Virus record (IMG/VR): IMGVR_UViG_2609459834_000009
Coordinates: 1-25,515 of that record
Direction: 5' to 3' (one strand)
Source: a virus
Taxonomy: Duplodnaviria; Heunggongvirae; Uroviricota; Caudoviricetes
Length of the DNA stretch: 25,515 nucleotides
Every line of letters begins with the position of its first letter. The stretch's first letter is position 1. Both the position numbers and the translations under genes were made by a program. A model generated the notes under the pieces. The model ran no database searches, was not told where the DNA came from, and saw nothing but the letters and a program-made list of their open reading frames with translations. Of the stretch, positions 18,218 through 25,515 are shown one piece after another.

Positions 18218-18350
18218 CGGTGACCTGAACGCGTTGCTGGATGAAACGGAGGCCGCCTGGGCGGTCTGTGCAGACAAAGTGGACATGATTATTGCGTGTC
18301 AGGAGCGAAACAGTGAACAAACCACAATCCCTGCGCCACGCCCTCAATAA
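18060..18350 (+). CDS. LysC / Rz1-like outer-membrane lipoprotein spanin (overlapping LysB in another frame)
   Basis: 96-aa ORF beginning within lysB out of frame; lipobox LSGC after signal-like segment; GTG start with GAGG 9 nt upstream. Confidence 0.5.
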   Translation: MRTRIYAAGLILLCLLTLSGCGNAPHSPEVQLTVSGCPRVTPCRLGQAAPRTNGDLNALLDETEAAWAVCADKVDMIIACQERNSEQTTIPAPRPQ

Positions 18351-18744
18351 AGCGGTGCCTTATGTCCGCAATAACCCGGACAAACTGCATCTGTTTGTGG
18401 ATAACGGTTCGCTGGTTGCCACGGGGGCCGGCTCCATGTCATGGGAGTACCGTTATACCCTGAACGTGGTGATAGAGGATTTCAGCGGCGACCAGAATCT
18501 GCTGATGGCCCCGGTTTTACTGTGGCTTCGGGATAACCAGCCCGATGCCATCAATAACCCGGCGTTACGGGAAAAGCTATTCACCTTTGATGTGGATATT
18601 TTGCGCAACGATGTCTGTGATATCAGCCTTAATCTGCAACTGACGGAACGTGTGCTGGTCAGCACTGACGGCAGTGTGTCGAGCGTTGAAGCTGTAGCAG
18701 AACCCGATGAACCTGAAGAAATGTGGACGGTGAAACGTGGCTGA
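18313..18744 (+). CDS. R: Tail completion protein R (P2 gpR family)
   Basis: GTG at 18313 with AGGAG RBS 7 nt upstream; product aligns with P2 gpR as I recall it (FVDNGS..., RYTLNV, LWLR.NQPD). Confidence 0.75.
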   Translation: MNKPQSLRHALNKAVPYVRNNPDKLHLFVDNGSLVATGAGSMSWEYRYTLNVVIEDFSGDQNLLMAPVLLWLRDNQPDAINNPALREKLFTFDVDILRNDVCDISLNLQLTERVLVSTDGSVSSVEAVAEPDEPEEMWTVKRG

Positions 18745-19183
18745 ACTGCAGAAGGTGGACGACTGGCTGAGTGCCTTGCTGGCGAATCTGGAACCAGCCA
18801 CGAGAAGCCGTATGATGCGCCAGCTGGCGCAGGAATTGCGCCGGACACAGCAGCAGAATATCAGGATGCAGCGCAATCCAGATGGCAGCAGTTATGAACC
18901 GCGCAGGGTAACAGCACGCAGCAAGAAGGGGCGCATCAAACGTCAGATGTTTGCAAAGCTGCGCACCACAAAATACCTGAAAACTGCCGCCAGCGCCGAC
19001 TCTGCCAGCGTACAGTTTGAAGGCAAGGTGCAGCGTATTGCCCGTGTTCACCATTACGGCCTGCGTGATCGCGTCAGTCGCAAAGGACCGGAGGTCCGTT
19101 ACGCAGAGCGCCGCCTGCTGGGTGTAAATGATGATGTTGAGGCAATGACCCGCGACATGATTCTGCAATGGCTGGCGGGGTGA
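18737..19183 (+). CDS. S: Tail completion / virion morphogenesis protein S (P2 gpS family)
   Basis: 148-aa product (DDWLSALLANLEP...) resembling P2 gpS; GTG start overlapping R stop. Confidence 0.75.
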   Translation: MAELQKVDDWLSALLANLEPATRSRMMRQLAQELRRTQQQNIRMQRNPDGSSYEPRRVTARSKKGRIKRQMFAKLRTTKYLKTAASADSASVQFEGKVQRIARVHHYGLRDRVSRKGPEVRYAERRLLGVNDDVEAMTRDMILQWLAG

Positions 19184-19187
19184 TCTT

Positions 19188-19205
19188 TGTATCAGCACTG
19201 ATACA
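19188..19205. promoter_or_regulatory. TGT-N12-ACA near-perfect palindrome between S and V (candidate late-activator site and/or S terminator hairpin)
   Basis: TGTATCAGcaCTGATACA directly after the S stop; no U-tract follows. Confidence 0.35.
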
Positions 19206-19251
19206 AGTTGCAGCACTGCCGCCTTTCTTCCCCTGATGGCAACCTTTCCCT

Positions 19252-19830
19252 ATGAACGCACAATTAACCGAAATCATGCGCCTTATCACCAATCTGATCC
19301 GCACAGGTGTAGTCACCGAAGTGGACCGGGAAAACTGGCTTTGTCGGGTGAAAACGGGCGACCTTGAAACCAACTGGATTAACTGGCTGACGCTGCGCGC
19401 GGGTAATGCCCGCACATGGTGGAAACCATCGGAAGGTGAGCAGGTGGTGCTGCTGAGTCTGGGAGGCAATCTGGAAACCGCGTTTGCGCTGCCCGCCATC
19501 TATTCGAATCAGCTCGCGCCACCGTCGACGTCGGCGGACGCCTGCGTGACAGAACATCCTGACGGTGGCTGGTTTGAATATGAACCCGCCACCGGGCGCT
19601 GGTATGTCAGGGGCATCAAATCAATGGTCATTGAGGCCGCTGACAACATCACCATGAAAACCAGTGAGTTTGTACTGGAGGCTGACCGCACGCGCATTAA
19701 CAGCGAAGTGGTGATCAATGGTGGCGTTACCCAGGGCGGCGGAGCGATGAGTTCTAACGGGATCGTGGTTGATGCGCATCAGCATACTGGCGTCCTGAAA
19801 GGCGGCGACACAACCGGAGGCCCGGTATGA
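19252..19830 (+). CDS. V: Baseplate spike/assembly protein V (P2 gpV family)
   Basis: 192-aa product aligning with P2 gpV from the first Met (NLIRTGVVTEVD, TWWKPSEGEQVVLLSLGG). Confidence 0.85.
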   Translation: MNAQLTEIMRLITNLIRTGVVTEVDRENWLCRVKTGDLETNWINWLTLRAGNARTWWKPSEGEQVVLLSLGGNLETAFALPAIYSNQLAPPSTSADACVTEHPDGGWFEYEPATGRWYVRGIKSMVIEAADNITMKTSEFVLEADRTRINSEVVINGGVTQGGGAMSSNGIVVDAHQHTGVLKGGDTTGGPV

Positions 19831-20186
19831 CGCTTTATAGCGGGATGAACAATACCAGCGGTAAAGCCATTACTGATATTGACCATCTGCGCCAGTCGGT
19901 GCGGGACATTCTGCTGACGCCGCAGGGTAGCCGCATTGCTCGTCGGGAATATGGTTCCCTGCTGTCGGCACTGATAGATCAGCCACAAAATCCGGCGTTA
20001 CGCCTGCAGGTTATGTCGGCTGTGTATGTGGCACTGAGTCGCTGGGAGCCACGGCTGGCGCTGGATTCCATCACTATTAACAGCAATTTTGACGGTTCAA
20101 TGGTGGTGGCGCTGAACGGGCGGCGTAATAACGGTGTGCCTGTTTCCCTTTCCGTATCAACAGGAGCAGAGAATGGCAGTGATTGA
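19827..20186 (+). CDS. W: Baseplate wedge protein W (GPW/gp25 family)
   Basis: 119-aa product, ATGA overlap with V stop. Confidence 0.85.
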   Translation: MTLYSGMNNTSGKAITDIDHLRQSVRDILLTPQGSRIARREYGSLLSALIDQPQNPALRLQVMSAVYVALSRWEPRLALDSITINSNFDGSMVVALNGRRNNGVPVSLSVSTGAENGSD

Positions 20187-21081
20187 CCTTTCGCAGTTGC
20201 CTGCGCCGCAGATTGTGGATGTGCCGGACTTTGAGACGCTGCTTGCCGAACGCAAGGCAGAATTTGTGGCGCTTCATCCGAAAGATGAGCAGGAAGCAGT
20301 GATCCGCACGCTGGAACTGGAATCTGAACCCGTCACCAAATTGCTGCAGGAGAACGCTTACCGTGAGTTGCTTCTGCGCCAGCGCATTAACGAAGCCGCG
20401 CAGGCTGTGATGGTGGCTTACGCGATGGGCAGCGATCTTGACCAGCTCGCTGCCAACTACAACGTGAAACGCCTGACGGTGACGCCTGCTGATAATGACG
20501 CTGTGCCGCCCGTTGCAGCTGTGATGGAAAGCGATGAAGCGTTACGCCTGCGTGTGCCTGCAGCCTTTGAAGGGCTTTCAGTTGCGGGGCCAACTGCAGC
20601 TTATGAATTTCATGCCCAAAGCGCCGACGGTCGGGTGGCGGATGCCAGTGCAACCAGCCCGGCACCTGCAGAGGTGGTGCTGACTGTCCTTAGCCGCGAA
20701 GGCGATGGAACTGCAGAAAAAGACCTGCTGGACGTGGTGGAAAAAGCTCTGAACAGTGAGAACGTCCGCCCGGTGGCTGACCGTCTTACGGTTCGCAGCG
20801 CAGAAATCATCCCGTATCGCGTGGAAGCCACCATTTTTCTCTATCCGGGACCGGAAGCAGAGCCGGTAATGGCAGCGGCAAAAGCCAGCCTGCAGAAGTA
20901 CATCGCCAGTCAGACACGTCTTGGTCGGGATATTCGCCGTAGCGCCATCTTTGCCGCCCTGCATGTTGAGGGTGTGCAGCGTGTGGAGCTGGCTTCTCCT
21001 CTGGCGGATGTGGTCCTGAACAAAACACAGGCGGCATCATGTACGCAGTGGAGCGTAACCAACGGAGGAACGGATGAATAG
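20173..21081 (+). CDS. J: Baseplate assembly protein J (P2 gpJ family)
   Basis: 302-aa product from ATG at 20173 with AGGAG RBS; track start 20134 rejected. Confidence 0.85.
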   Translation: MAVIDLSQLPAPQIVDVPDFETLLAERKAEFVALHPKDEQEAVIRTLELESEPVTKLLQENAYRELLLRQRINEAAQAVMVAYAMGSDLDQLAANYNVKRLTVTPADNDAVPPVAAVMESDEALRLRVPAAFEGLSVAGPTAAYEFHAQSADGRVADASATSPAPAEVVLTVLSREGDGTAEKDLLDVVEKALNSENVRPVADRLTVRSAEIIPYRVEATIFLYPGPEAEPVMAAAKASLQKYIASQTRLGRDIRRSAIFAALHVEGVQRVELASPLADVVLNKTQAASCTQWSVTNGGTDE

Positions 21082-21679
21082 TCTGCTGCCGCCGGGTTCA
21101 ACACCACTGGAGCGCCGACTGGCGCAAACCTGCAGCGGGATTTCTGATCTGCAGGTGCCGCTTCGTGACTTGTGGAATCCGGCAACCTGTCCGGTCAGTT
21201 TCCTGCCTTATCTCGCCTGGGCGTTCTCTGTGGATCGCTGGGACGAGGGCTGGACAGAAAGCGTCAAGCGCCAGGTGGTGAAGGATGCTTTTTATATTCA
21301 TCAGCATAAAGGGACCACCAGTGCCGTGCGGCGGGTGGTGGAGCCGTTCGGCTTTCTGATTCGCATTATTGAGTGGTGGCAGACCGGAGAGGCACCGGGC
21401 ACGTTTCGCCTGGATATCGGCGTGCAGGACCAGGGCATCACTGAAGATACCTATCTGGAACTTGAGCGACTGATAAGCGATGCCAAACCATGTAGCCGCC
21501 ACATGATCGGCATGTCCATCAATCTGCAGACCAGCGGCCCGCATTGGGTGGGAGCCGCCAGCTATCTTGGCGAAGAAATCACGATCTATCCGTATATCAA
21601 CGAAACGATTATTTCCGGTGGCACCGCGCATGAAGGCGGGGCGGTCCATGTTATTGACACAATGAGAGTGAATCCATGA
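21074..21679 (+). CDS. I: Baseplate/tail protein I (P2 gpI family)
   Basis: 201-aa product, GGAGG RBS, overlap with J stop; conserved position between J and the tail fibre gene. Confidence 0.8.
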   Translation: MNSLLPPGSTPLERRLAQTCSGISDLQVPLRDLWNPATCPVSFLPYLAWAFSVDRWDEGWTESVKRQVVKDAFYIHQHKGTTSAVRRVVEPFGFLIRIIEWWQTGEAPGTFRLDIGVQDQGITEDTYLELERLISDAKPCSRHMIGMSINLQTSGPHWVGAASYLGEEITIYPYINETIISGGTAHEGGAVHVIDTMRVNP

Positions 21680-23415
21680 GCACAAAATTTTATACCCTGC
21701 TGACGGATATTGGCGCGGCGAAACTTGCCAGCGCCGCCGCGCTCGGTGTGCCGCTAAAAATTACCCATATGGCGGTGGGCGATGGCGGCGGAGTATTGCC
21801 AACGCCGGACGCAAAGCAGACGGCACTGGTAAATGAGAAACGCCGGGCTGCGCTGAATATGCTTTATATCGACCCGCAGAACAGCAGCCAGATTATTGCT
21901 GAACAGGTGATCCCTGAAAACGAGGGCGGTTGGTGGATACGTGAAGTGGGCCTGTTTGATGAGTCCGGGGCATTGATTGCCGTGGGAAACTGCCCGGAAA
22001 GCTATAAGCCGCAACTGGCTGAAGGCAGCGGGCGTACCCAGACCGTGCGCATGGTGCTGATTACCAGCAGTACGGACAATATCACCCTGAAAATCGACCC
22101 TGCTGTAGTGCTGGCAACCCGCAAGTATGTGGATGACAAGGCACTGGAGCTGAAGGTGTACGCGGATGATCAGATGGCAAAACATCTTGCCGCACCGGAC
22201 CCGCATTCACAGTACGCGCCAAAAGCCAGCCCGACATTTACCGGAACCCCCAAAGCGCCAACGCCAGCGGCGGGGAATAATACCACGCAGGTTGCGACCA
22301 CTGCGTTTGTACAGGCGGCACTGACGGACCTTATTAATGGTGCGCCAGCCACGCTGGACACGCTGAAAGAAATAGCCGCAGCCATTAACAATGATCCGAA
22401 TTTCAGTACCACCATTAACAATGCGCTGGCACTAAAAGCACCGTTGTCGAGTCCGGCACTCACCGGAACGCCAACAGCCCCCACGGCGGCGCAGTCGGTC
22501 AACAATACACAGATTGCCACTACGGCTTTTGTGAAATCGGCGATTGCAGGAATGGTGGGTTCTGCACCTGCTGCACTGGATACACTGAACGAACTGGCGG
22601 CGGCACTGGGGAATGATCCGAACTTTGCCACGACAATGCTTAATGCGCTGGCAGGTAAACAACCGCTGGACAATACGCTTACCAATTTGAGTGGAAAGGA
22701 TGTAGCTGGTCTTCTCACATACCTTGGTATTAAAAACGCATCAACAACACAGGTGGGTTTAGTCCGGTTAACGTCATCGCGGGTATCGGGTGCAGAGGAT
22801 ATTGCAGCCACAGCTAATGCTGTCGCGCAAAACTATACGGACATAAAATCTTTGCAAAACAAAACTCAGGATTCAACTACGACACAGAAAGGAATTGTTC
22901 AACTTACATCATCAAGGGTATCCGAATCTGAAACGCTTGCTGCAACAGCAAAAGCGGCAGCGATGAATTATGCGGATATTGTAGCTCTGCAAGGCAAGAC
23001 TAATGATGCAACCACTACAAACAAGGGAATTATCCGCGTATCTGATTCCAGAACATCAACAGAATCTGGTGTTGCTGCATCATCACTTGCTGCATCACAA
23101 AACTATTCAGATATGAAAGGGTTGTTTGGTCAATGCGGAATGAAATCTAGAAATCTCGGTGTCGTATACACCAACAGCCAGTCTTTCGCCATATTTGTAA
23201 GCGTCAATGCGGTGCTGTCTGACGGTAGTTCATTTCTGAGCGCCAACGTAAGCGTGGATGGTAATTCGGCTAATTTTCGCGGCTCTCAGACAACAAATCT
23301 TGCAGGGCAAAGAGCAACTATCGCATTCATGGTTCCTGCCGGTGCGACCTATATTGTGCAGCAGTTTTCAGGAACAGTGTCAGATGTTACCTGGGTAGAG
23401 GTGGATAAAAAATGA
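21676..23415 (+). CDS. H: Tail fibre protein H with internal repeats and an AT-rich C-terminal receptor-binding region
   Basis: 579-aa product; conserved P2-H-like N-terminus; two tandem ~72-aa repeats and three ~43-aa repeats; composition shifts to AT-rich after about 22670. Confidence 0.85.
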   Translation: MSTKFYTLLTDIGAAKLASAAALGVPLKITHMAVGDGGGVLPTPDAKQTALVNEKRRAALNMLYIDPQNSSQIIAEQVIPENEGGWWIREVGLFDESGALIAVGNCPESYKPQLAEGSGRTQTVRMVLITSSTDNITLKIDPAVVLATRKYVDDKALELKVYADDQMAKHLAAPDPHSQYAPKASPTFTGTPKAPTPAAGNNTTQVATTAFVQAALTDLINGAPATLDTLKEIAAAINNDPNFSTTINNALALKAPLSSPALTGTPTAPTAAQSVNNTQIATTAFVKSAIAGMVGSAPAALDTLNELAAALGNDPNFATTMLNALAGKQPLDNTLTNLSGKDVAGLLTYLGIKNASTTQVGLVRLTSSRVSGAEDIAATANAVAQNYTDIKSLQNKTQDSTTTQKGIVQLTSSRVSESETLAATAKAAAMNYADIVALQGKTNDATTTNKGIIRVSDSRTSTESGVAASSLAASQNYSDMKGLFGQCGMKSRNLGVVYTNSQSFAIFVSVNAVLSDGSSFLSANVSVDGNSANFRGSQTTNLAGQRATIAFMVPAGATYIVQQFSGTVSDVTWVEVDKK

Positions 23416-23780
23416 TAACAATGATGAAGTATTACAAAGATGAAAATAACGTCGTATATGCCTACGATGCGTATGGCACACAGGATGCTTTTATCAAAGA
23501 AGGGCTTGTGCCAATCACCAGAAGTGAGGCTATGGCAATTATTAATCCCCCACCGACTCATGAACAACTCATCCAGGCTGCTGAAAATGAGCGACAGCGA
23601 TTACTGTCCGCCGCTGATGCAATTATGCTCGACTGGCGCACAGAGCTGATGCTGGGTGAAATCAGCGATGCCAACAGAGCTAAACTTTCGGCGTGGCTTT
23701 TATATAAGAATCAGGTTAAGGCTGTTGATGTAACAACCGACCCTGAGCATGTTAACTGGCCTGTCATCCCGGAACTTTAG
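23412..23780 (+). CDS. G: Tail fibre assembly chaperone (gpG/Tfa family)
   Basis: 122-aa ORF immediately after H with ATGA overlap; AT-rich like the H C-terminus. Confidence 0.7.
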   Translation: MITMMKYYKDENNVVYAYDAYGTQDAFIKEGLVPITRSEAMAIINPPPTHEQLIQAAENERQRLLSAADAIMLDWRTELMLGEISDANRAKLSAWLLYKNQVKAVDVTTDPEHVNWPVIPEL

Positions 23781-23785
23781 CTGGT

Positions 23786-23971
23786 TTGGCTATTGCCAGA
23801 TCCAAAGGCCGGATTGGTGGGCGTAGACCGAAGTTTAGCGACGAGCAGTGGCAACAGATGGGAGCGCTCATAGCGGCAGGGAAATCACGGCGTTATGTTG
23901 CACGTATCTATAACGTTGGGCTATCAACCCTATATAAACGATTTCCTGTTACTGGCATTCAAACGAAATAA
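23786..23971 (+). pseudogene. C-terminal fragment of a Gin/Pin/Hin-type serine DNA invertase (HTH domain only)
   Basis: Translation LAIARSKGRIGGRRPKFSDEQWQQ...VGLSTLYKRFP matches the C-terminal DNA-binding domain of invertases; no catalytic N-terminal domain; no ATG (TTG in track); similarity begins about 23771, directly at the tfa stop. Confidence 0.6.
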
Positions 23972-24107
23972 TTTATTTAAAGAGTTATTTGTCTAATGTT
24001 GGAAGCCGCAGCCACGTCGTATGCAAGAACGTGCTGCGGCTGGCTGGAGAACTTTCGATAGTGCGAGTATTGAATGATTTCCAGCCGTTACCGATTTTAC
24101 GTGTTAA

Positions 24108-24356
24108 TTAGTGAACAAACCACTCGTCAGCAGATTCCCAGGTATCTTTCAGAGTCTCCTGAACAAAAGTTTTTGCAGAATCCTTATCTGCTGTGCGTGT
24201 AACAGAAAGGCCATCGTTGCTGGTGGCTTTTACGATCACCTCTACATCGTCATAACGTTTACTGATGCGTCGGGTTAATTCTTCCTTTAACGCATCCACA
24301 GCACCGGTTGGCATTTTAGTCATTTTTTCTTTGGCTATGCAGATTTCAATACGCAT
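24108..24356 (-). CDS. DinI-family protein (second paralog)
   Basis: 82-aa product [11 protein letters not shown]...[10 protein letters not shown], close to my recollection of E. coli DinI. Confidence 0.8.
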   Translation of the reverse strand: MRIEICIAKEKMTKMPTGAVDALKEELTRRISKRYDDVEVIVKATSNDGLSVTRTADKDSAKTFVQETLKDTWESADEWFVH

Positions 24357-24369
24357 AAAAGTCCCTCTA

Positions 24370-24417
24370 TACTGTGTTTGTATACAGTATTATTTTTAAC
24401 TGTATAGATAAACAGTG
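24370..24417. promoter_or_regulatory. Two tandem LexA boxes upstream of the second dinI-like gene
   Basis: tACTGTgtttgtatACAGta (24370-24389) and aaCTGTatagataaACAGtg (24398-24417), both CTGT-N8-ACAG. Confidence 0.65.
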
Positions 24418-25515
24418 TCAAGAGGCCTTATTTCTGCTCCTTTGGAGCTCTTCAAAACGATTATGTAAAGATTTCGGATACAGTTCGGTATATACCTGCC
24501 ATAGCACGTTTAATGAACGATGCCCTGTAACCTGGGCGACTTCCTCAATACTAAAACCAGCCTCAAATAAGCGACTTGCCCCTTCTCTACGCAAATCATG
24601 GTATCGCAGATCTTTAATACCTAATTTGCTTCTTACCCTCTGGAATCCCGCAGTAACAGAAGTGCTGTTATATGGAAAAATGAATTCTGATTTTTTGGGT
24701 TGTCGTTGGACGATATCCCAGGCTTCCCCAAGCAAGGCTACTTTCATATGGTTGCCTTCCTTTTTACGTGGATCTTTCCTGTCTCTTACGAGTATGGATT
24801 TTTGTTCCTGATCGAGATCCTCCCATCGTAATCGGCATACTTCACCGATTCGCATACATGACCACACAGAAAATTTGAGGATATCAACGAACGGAATTTT
24901 TGAGCATTTATGTGTAGATCGTTGTTGAAGACCTTCAATGAGCATGTCCAGTTCATCAGATGCCGGTCTACGATTACGACGATTTGATTTACCAATTAAA
25001 CCAAGTTTAAGTAGATATGGACGAGCGGCTTTTGCTGGGTTTGATGTGTAATTAATTCCATATACAGGTTTGGCAGCATCCAGAACACTGCCAAGATAAC
25101 TAACATCGTGGCTAACTGTAGCTGGACCTGCACCAGCGTTGTTTCTTAGCCTGCAATGTTCAATTACGTCATTTTCTGTCAGTTCAGATAGTTTGATCGC
25201 GGAGATGTCACTATCCATAAGCAGTTCCAGCACATATCTTTTAGTACGGCCTGCTTTACCTCCGGCATTTGGGTCATTTAAATATTTGTGTAGTAAGTCA
25301 CGGACTGTAAGTCCGTCAACTGCATTTGATGATGGAATGCCATATAGATCTAATTCCATCACTTTCTGTGTGCCCCATGTTTTGGCATGAGCATGTTTAG
25401 GGAATGTTTTACTTTCCCTGTAAGTGATAACACCTTTTTCTTTGATAATCACATTACAGCGATAGCGTGGTGTGCCATCGGATTTTAGTCGTTTCTCTAT
25501 GTTATAGTACGCCAT
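24418..25515 (-). CDS. Tyrosine-type integrase of a second integrative element (start at window edge; may be N-terminally incomplete)
   Basis: 365-aa translation with phage-integrase C-terminal catalytic region (HDLRREGASRL, ...VYTELYP); the ATG at 25513-25515 is the last codon of the window. Confidence 0.75.
   Translation of the reverse strand: MAYYNIEKRLKSDGTPRYRCNVIIKEKGVITYRESKTFPKHAHAKTWGTQKVMELDLYGIPSSNAVDGLTVRDLLHKYLNDPNAGGKAGRTKRYVLELLMDSDISAIKLSELTENDVIEHCRLRNNAGAGPATVSHDVSYLGSVLDAAKPVYGINYTSNPAKAARPYLLKLGLIGKSNRRNRRPASDELDMLIEGLQQRSTHKCSKIPFVDILKFSVWSCMRIGEVCRLRWEDLDQEQKSILVRDRKDPRKKEGNHMKVALLGEAWDIVQRQPKKSEFIFPYNSTSVTAGFQRVRSKLGIKDLRYHDLRREGASRLFEAGFSIEEVAQVTGHRSLNVLWQVYTELYPKSLHNRFEELQRSRNKAS

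Larger units (their letters stand above)
1..23971. mobile_element. P2-family (186-like) prophage, apparently defective: left boundary beyond window start, right side truncated after tail-fibre assembly gene
   Basis: Collinear P2-type gene order: int, repressor, regulator, A replication gene, Q/P portal-terminase pair on minus strand, O-N-M-L-X capsid block, lysis block, R-S-V-W-J-I-H-G. Tail sheath/tube/tape-measure/D/ogr block absent. att sites not identified. Confidence 0.85.

Noticed and set aside
18659-19216. 185-aa minus-strand ORF overlapping S and the S/V intergenic region
   Set aside because: Antisense to tail completion gene S; no RBS; spurious.
22170-22811. 213-aa minus-strand ORF inside the tail fibre gene
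   Set aside because: Antisense to H; its Ala/Ser/Val-rich translation mirrors the sense-strand repeats; spurious.
23972-24107. Possible tRNA gene or att core at the prophage junction
   Set aside because: No cloverleaf-compatible sequence recognised by eye; only a single hairpin. It cannot be excluded without tRNAscan or comparison to an empty site.
24374-24811. 145-aa plus-strand ORF overlapping the second integrase
   Set aside because: Antisense to a well-supported integrase; its start would sit inside the LexA-box region; spurious.

Overview
Most of this window (1 to about 23971) is a P2-family prophage with a 186-type lysogeny switch, and it carries a retron as cargo between the early region and the portal gene. 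Reading left to right: integrase (-), a small secreted Cys-rich ORF (-), CI-type repressor (-), then rightward Apl/Cox-like regulator, CII-like protein, several small early ORFs, a TraR/DksA-type zinc finger, a Dam-type N6-adenine methyltransferase and the replication endonuclease A. Next comes a LexA-box-controlled two-gene module ending in a DinI-family protein, then an AT-rich three-part retron (308-aa effector, msr-msd ncRNA with 12-nt a1/a2 inverted repeats, 320-aa reverse transcriptase). From memory the retron ncRNA and RT match retron Ec86 (Retron-Eco1) of E. coli B-lineage strains; I cannot run a search to confirm. After the retron come portal Q and terminase P (-), then rightward scaffold O, capsid N, small terminase M, head completion L, tail X, holin, endolysin, LysA/B/C, R, S, baseplate V/W/J/I, tail fibre H and tail-fibre assembly G. 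The prophage appears truncated after G: no tail sheath, tube, tape-measure, D or late activator (ogr/B) gene is present. Instead there is a C-terminal fragment of a Gin/Pin-type DNA invertase, followed by a second DinI-family gene with two tandem LexA boxes and a second tyrosine integrase (-) running to the window edge. No CRISPR array, rRNA or tRNA was recognised. All calls rest on reading the ORF translations and sequence motifs; no database search was possible.
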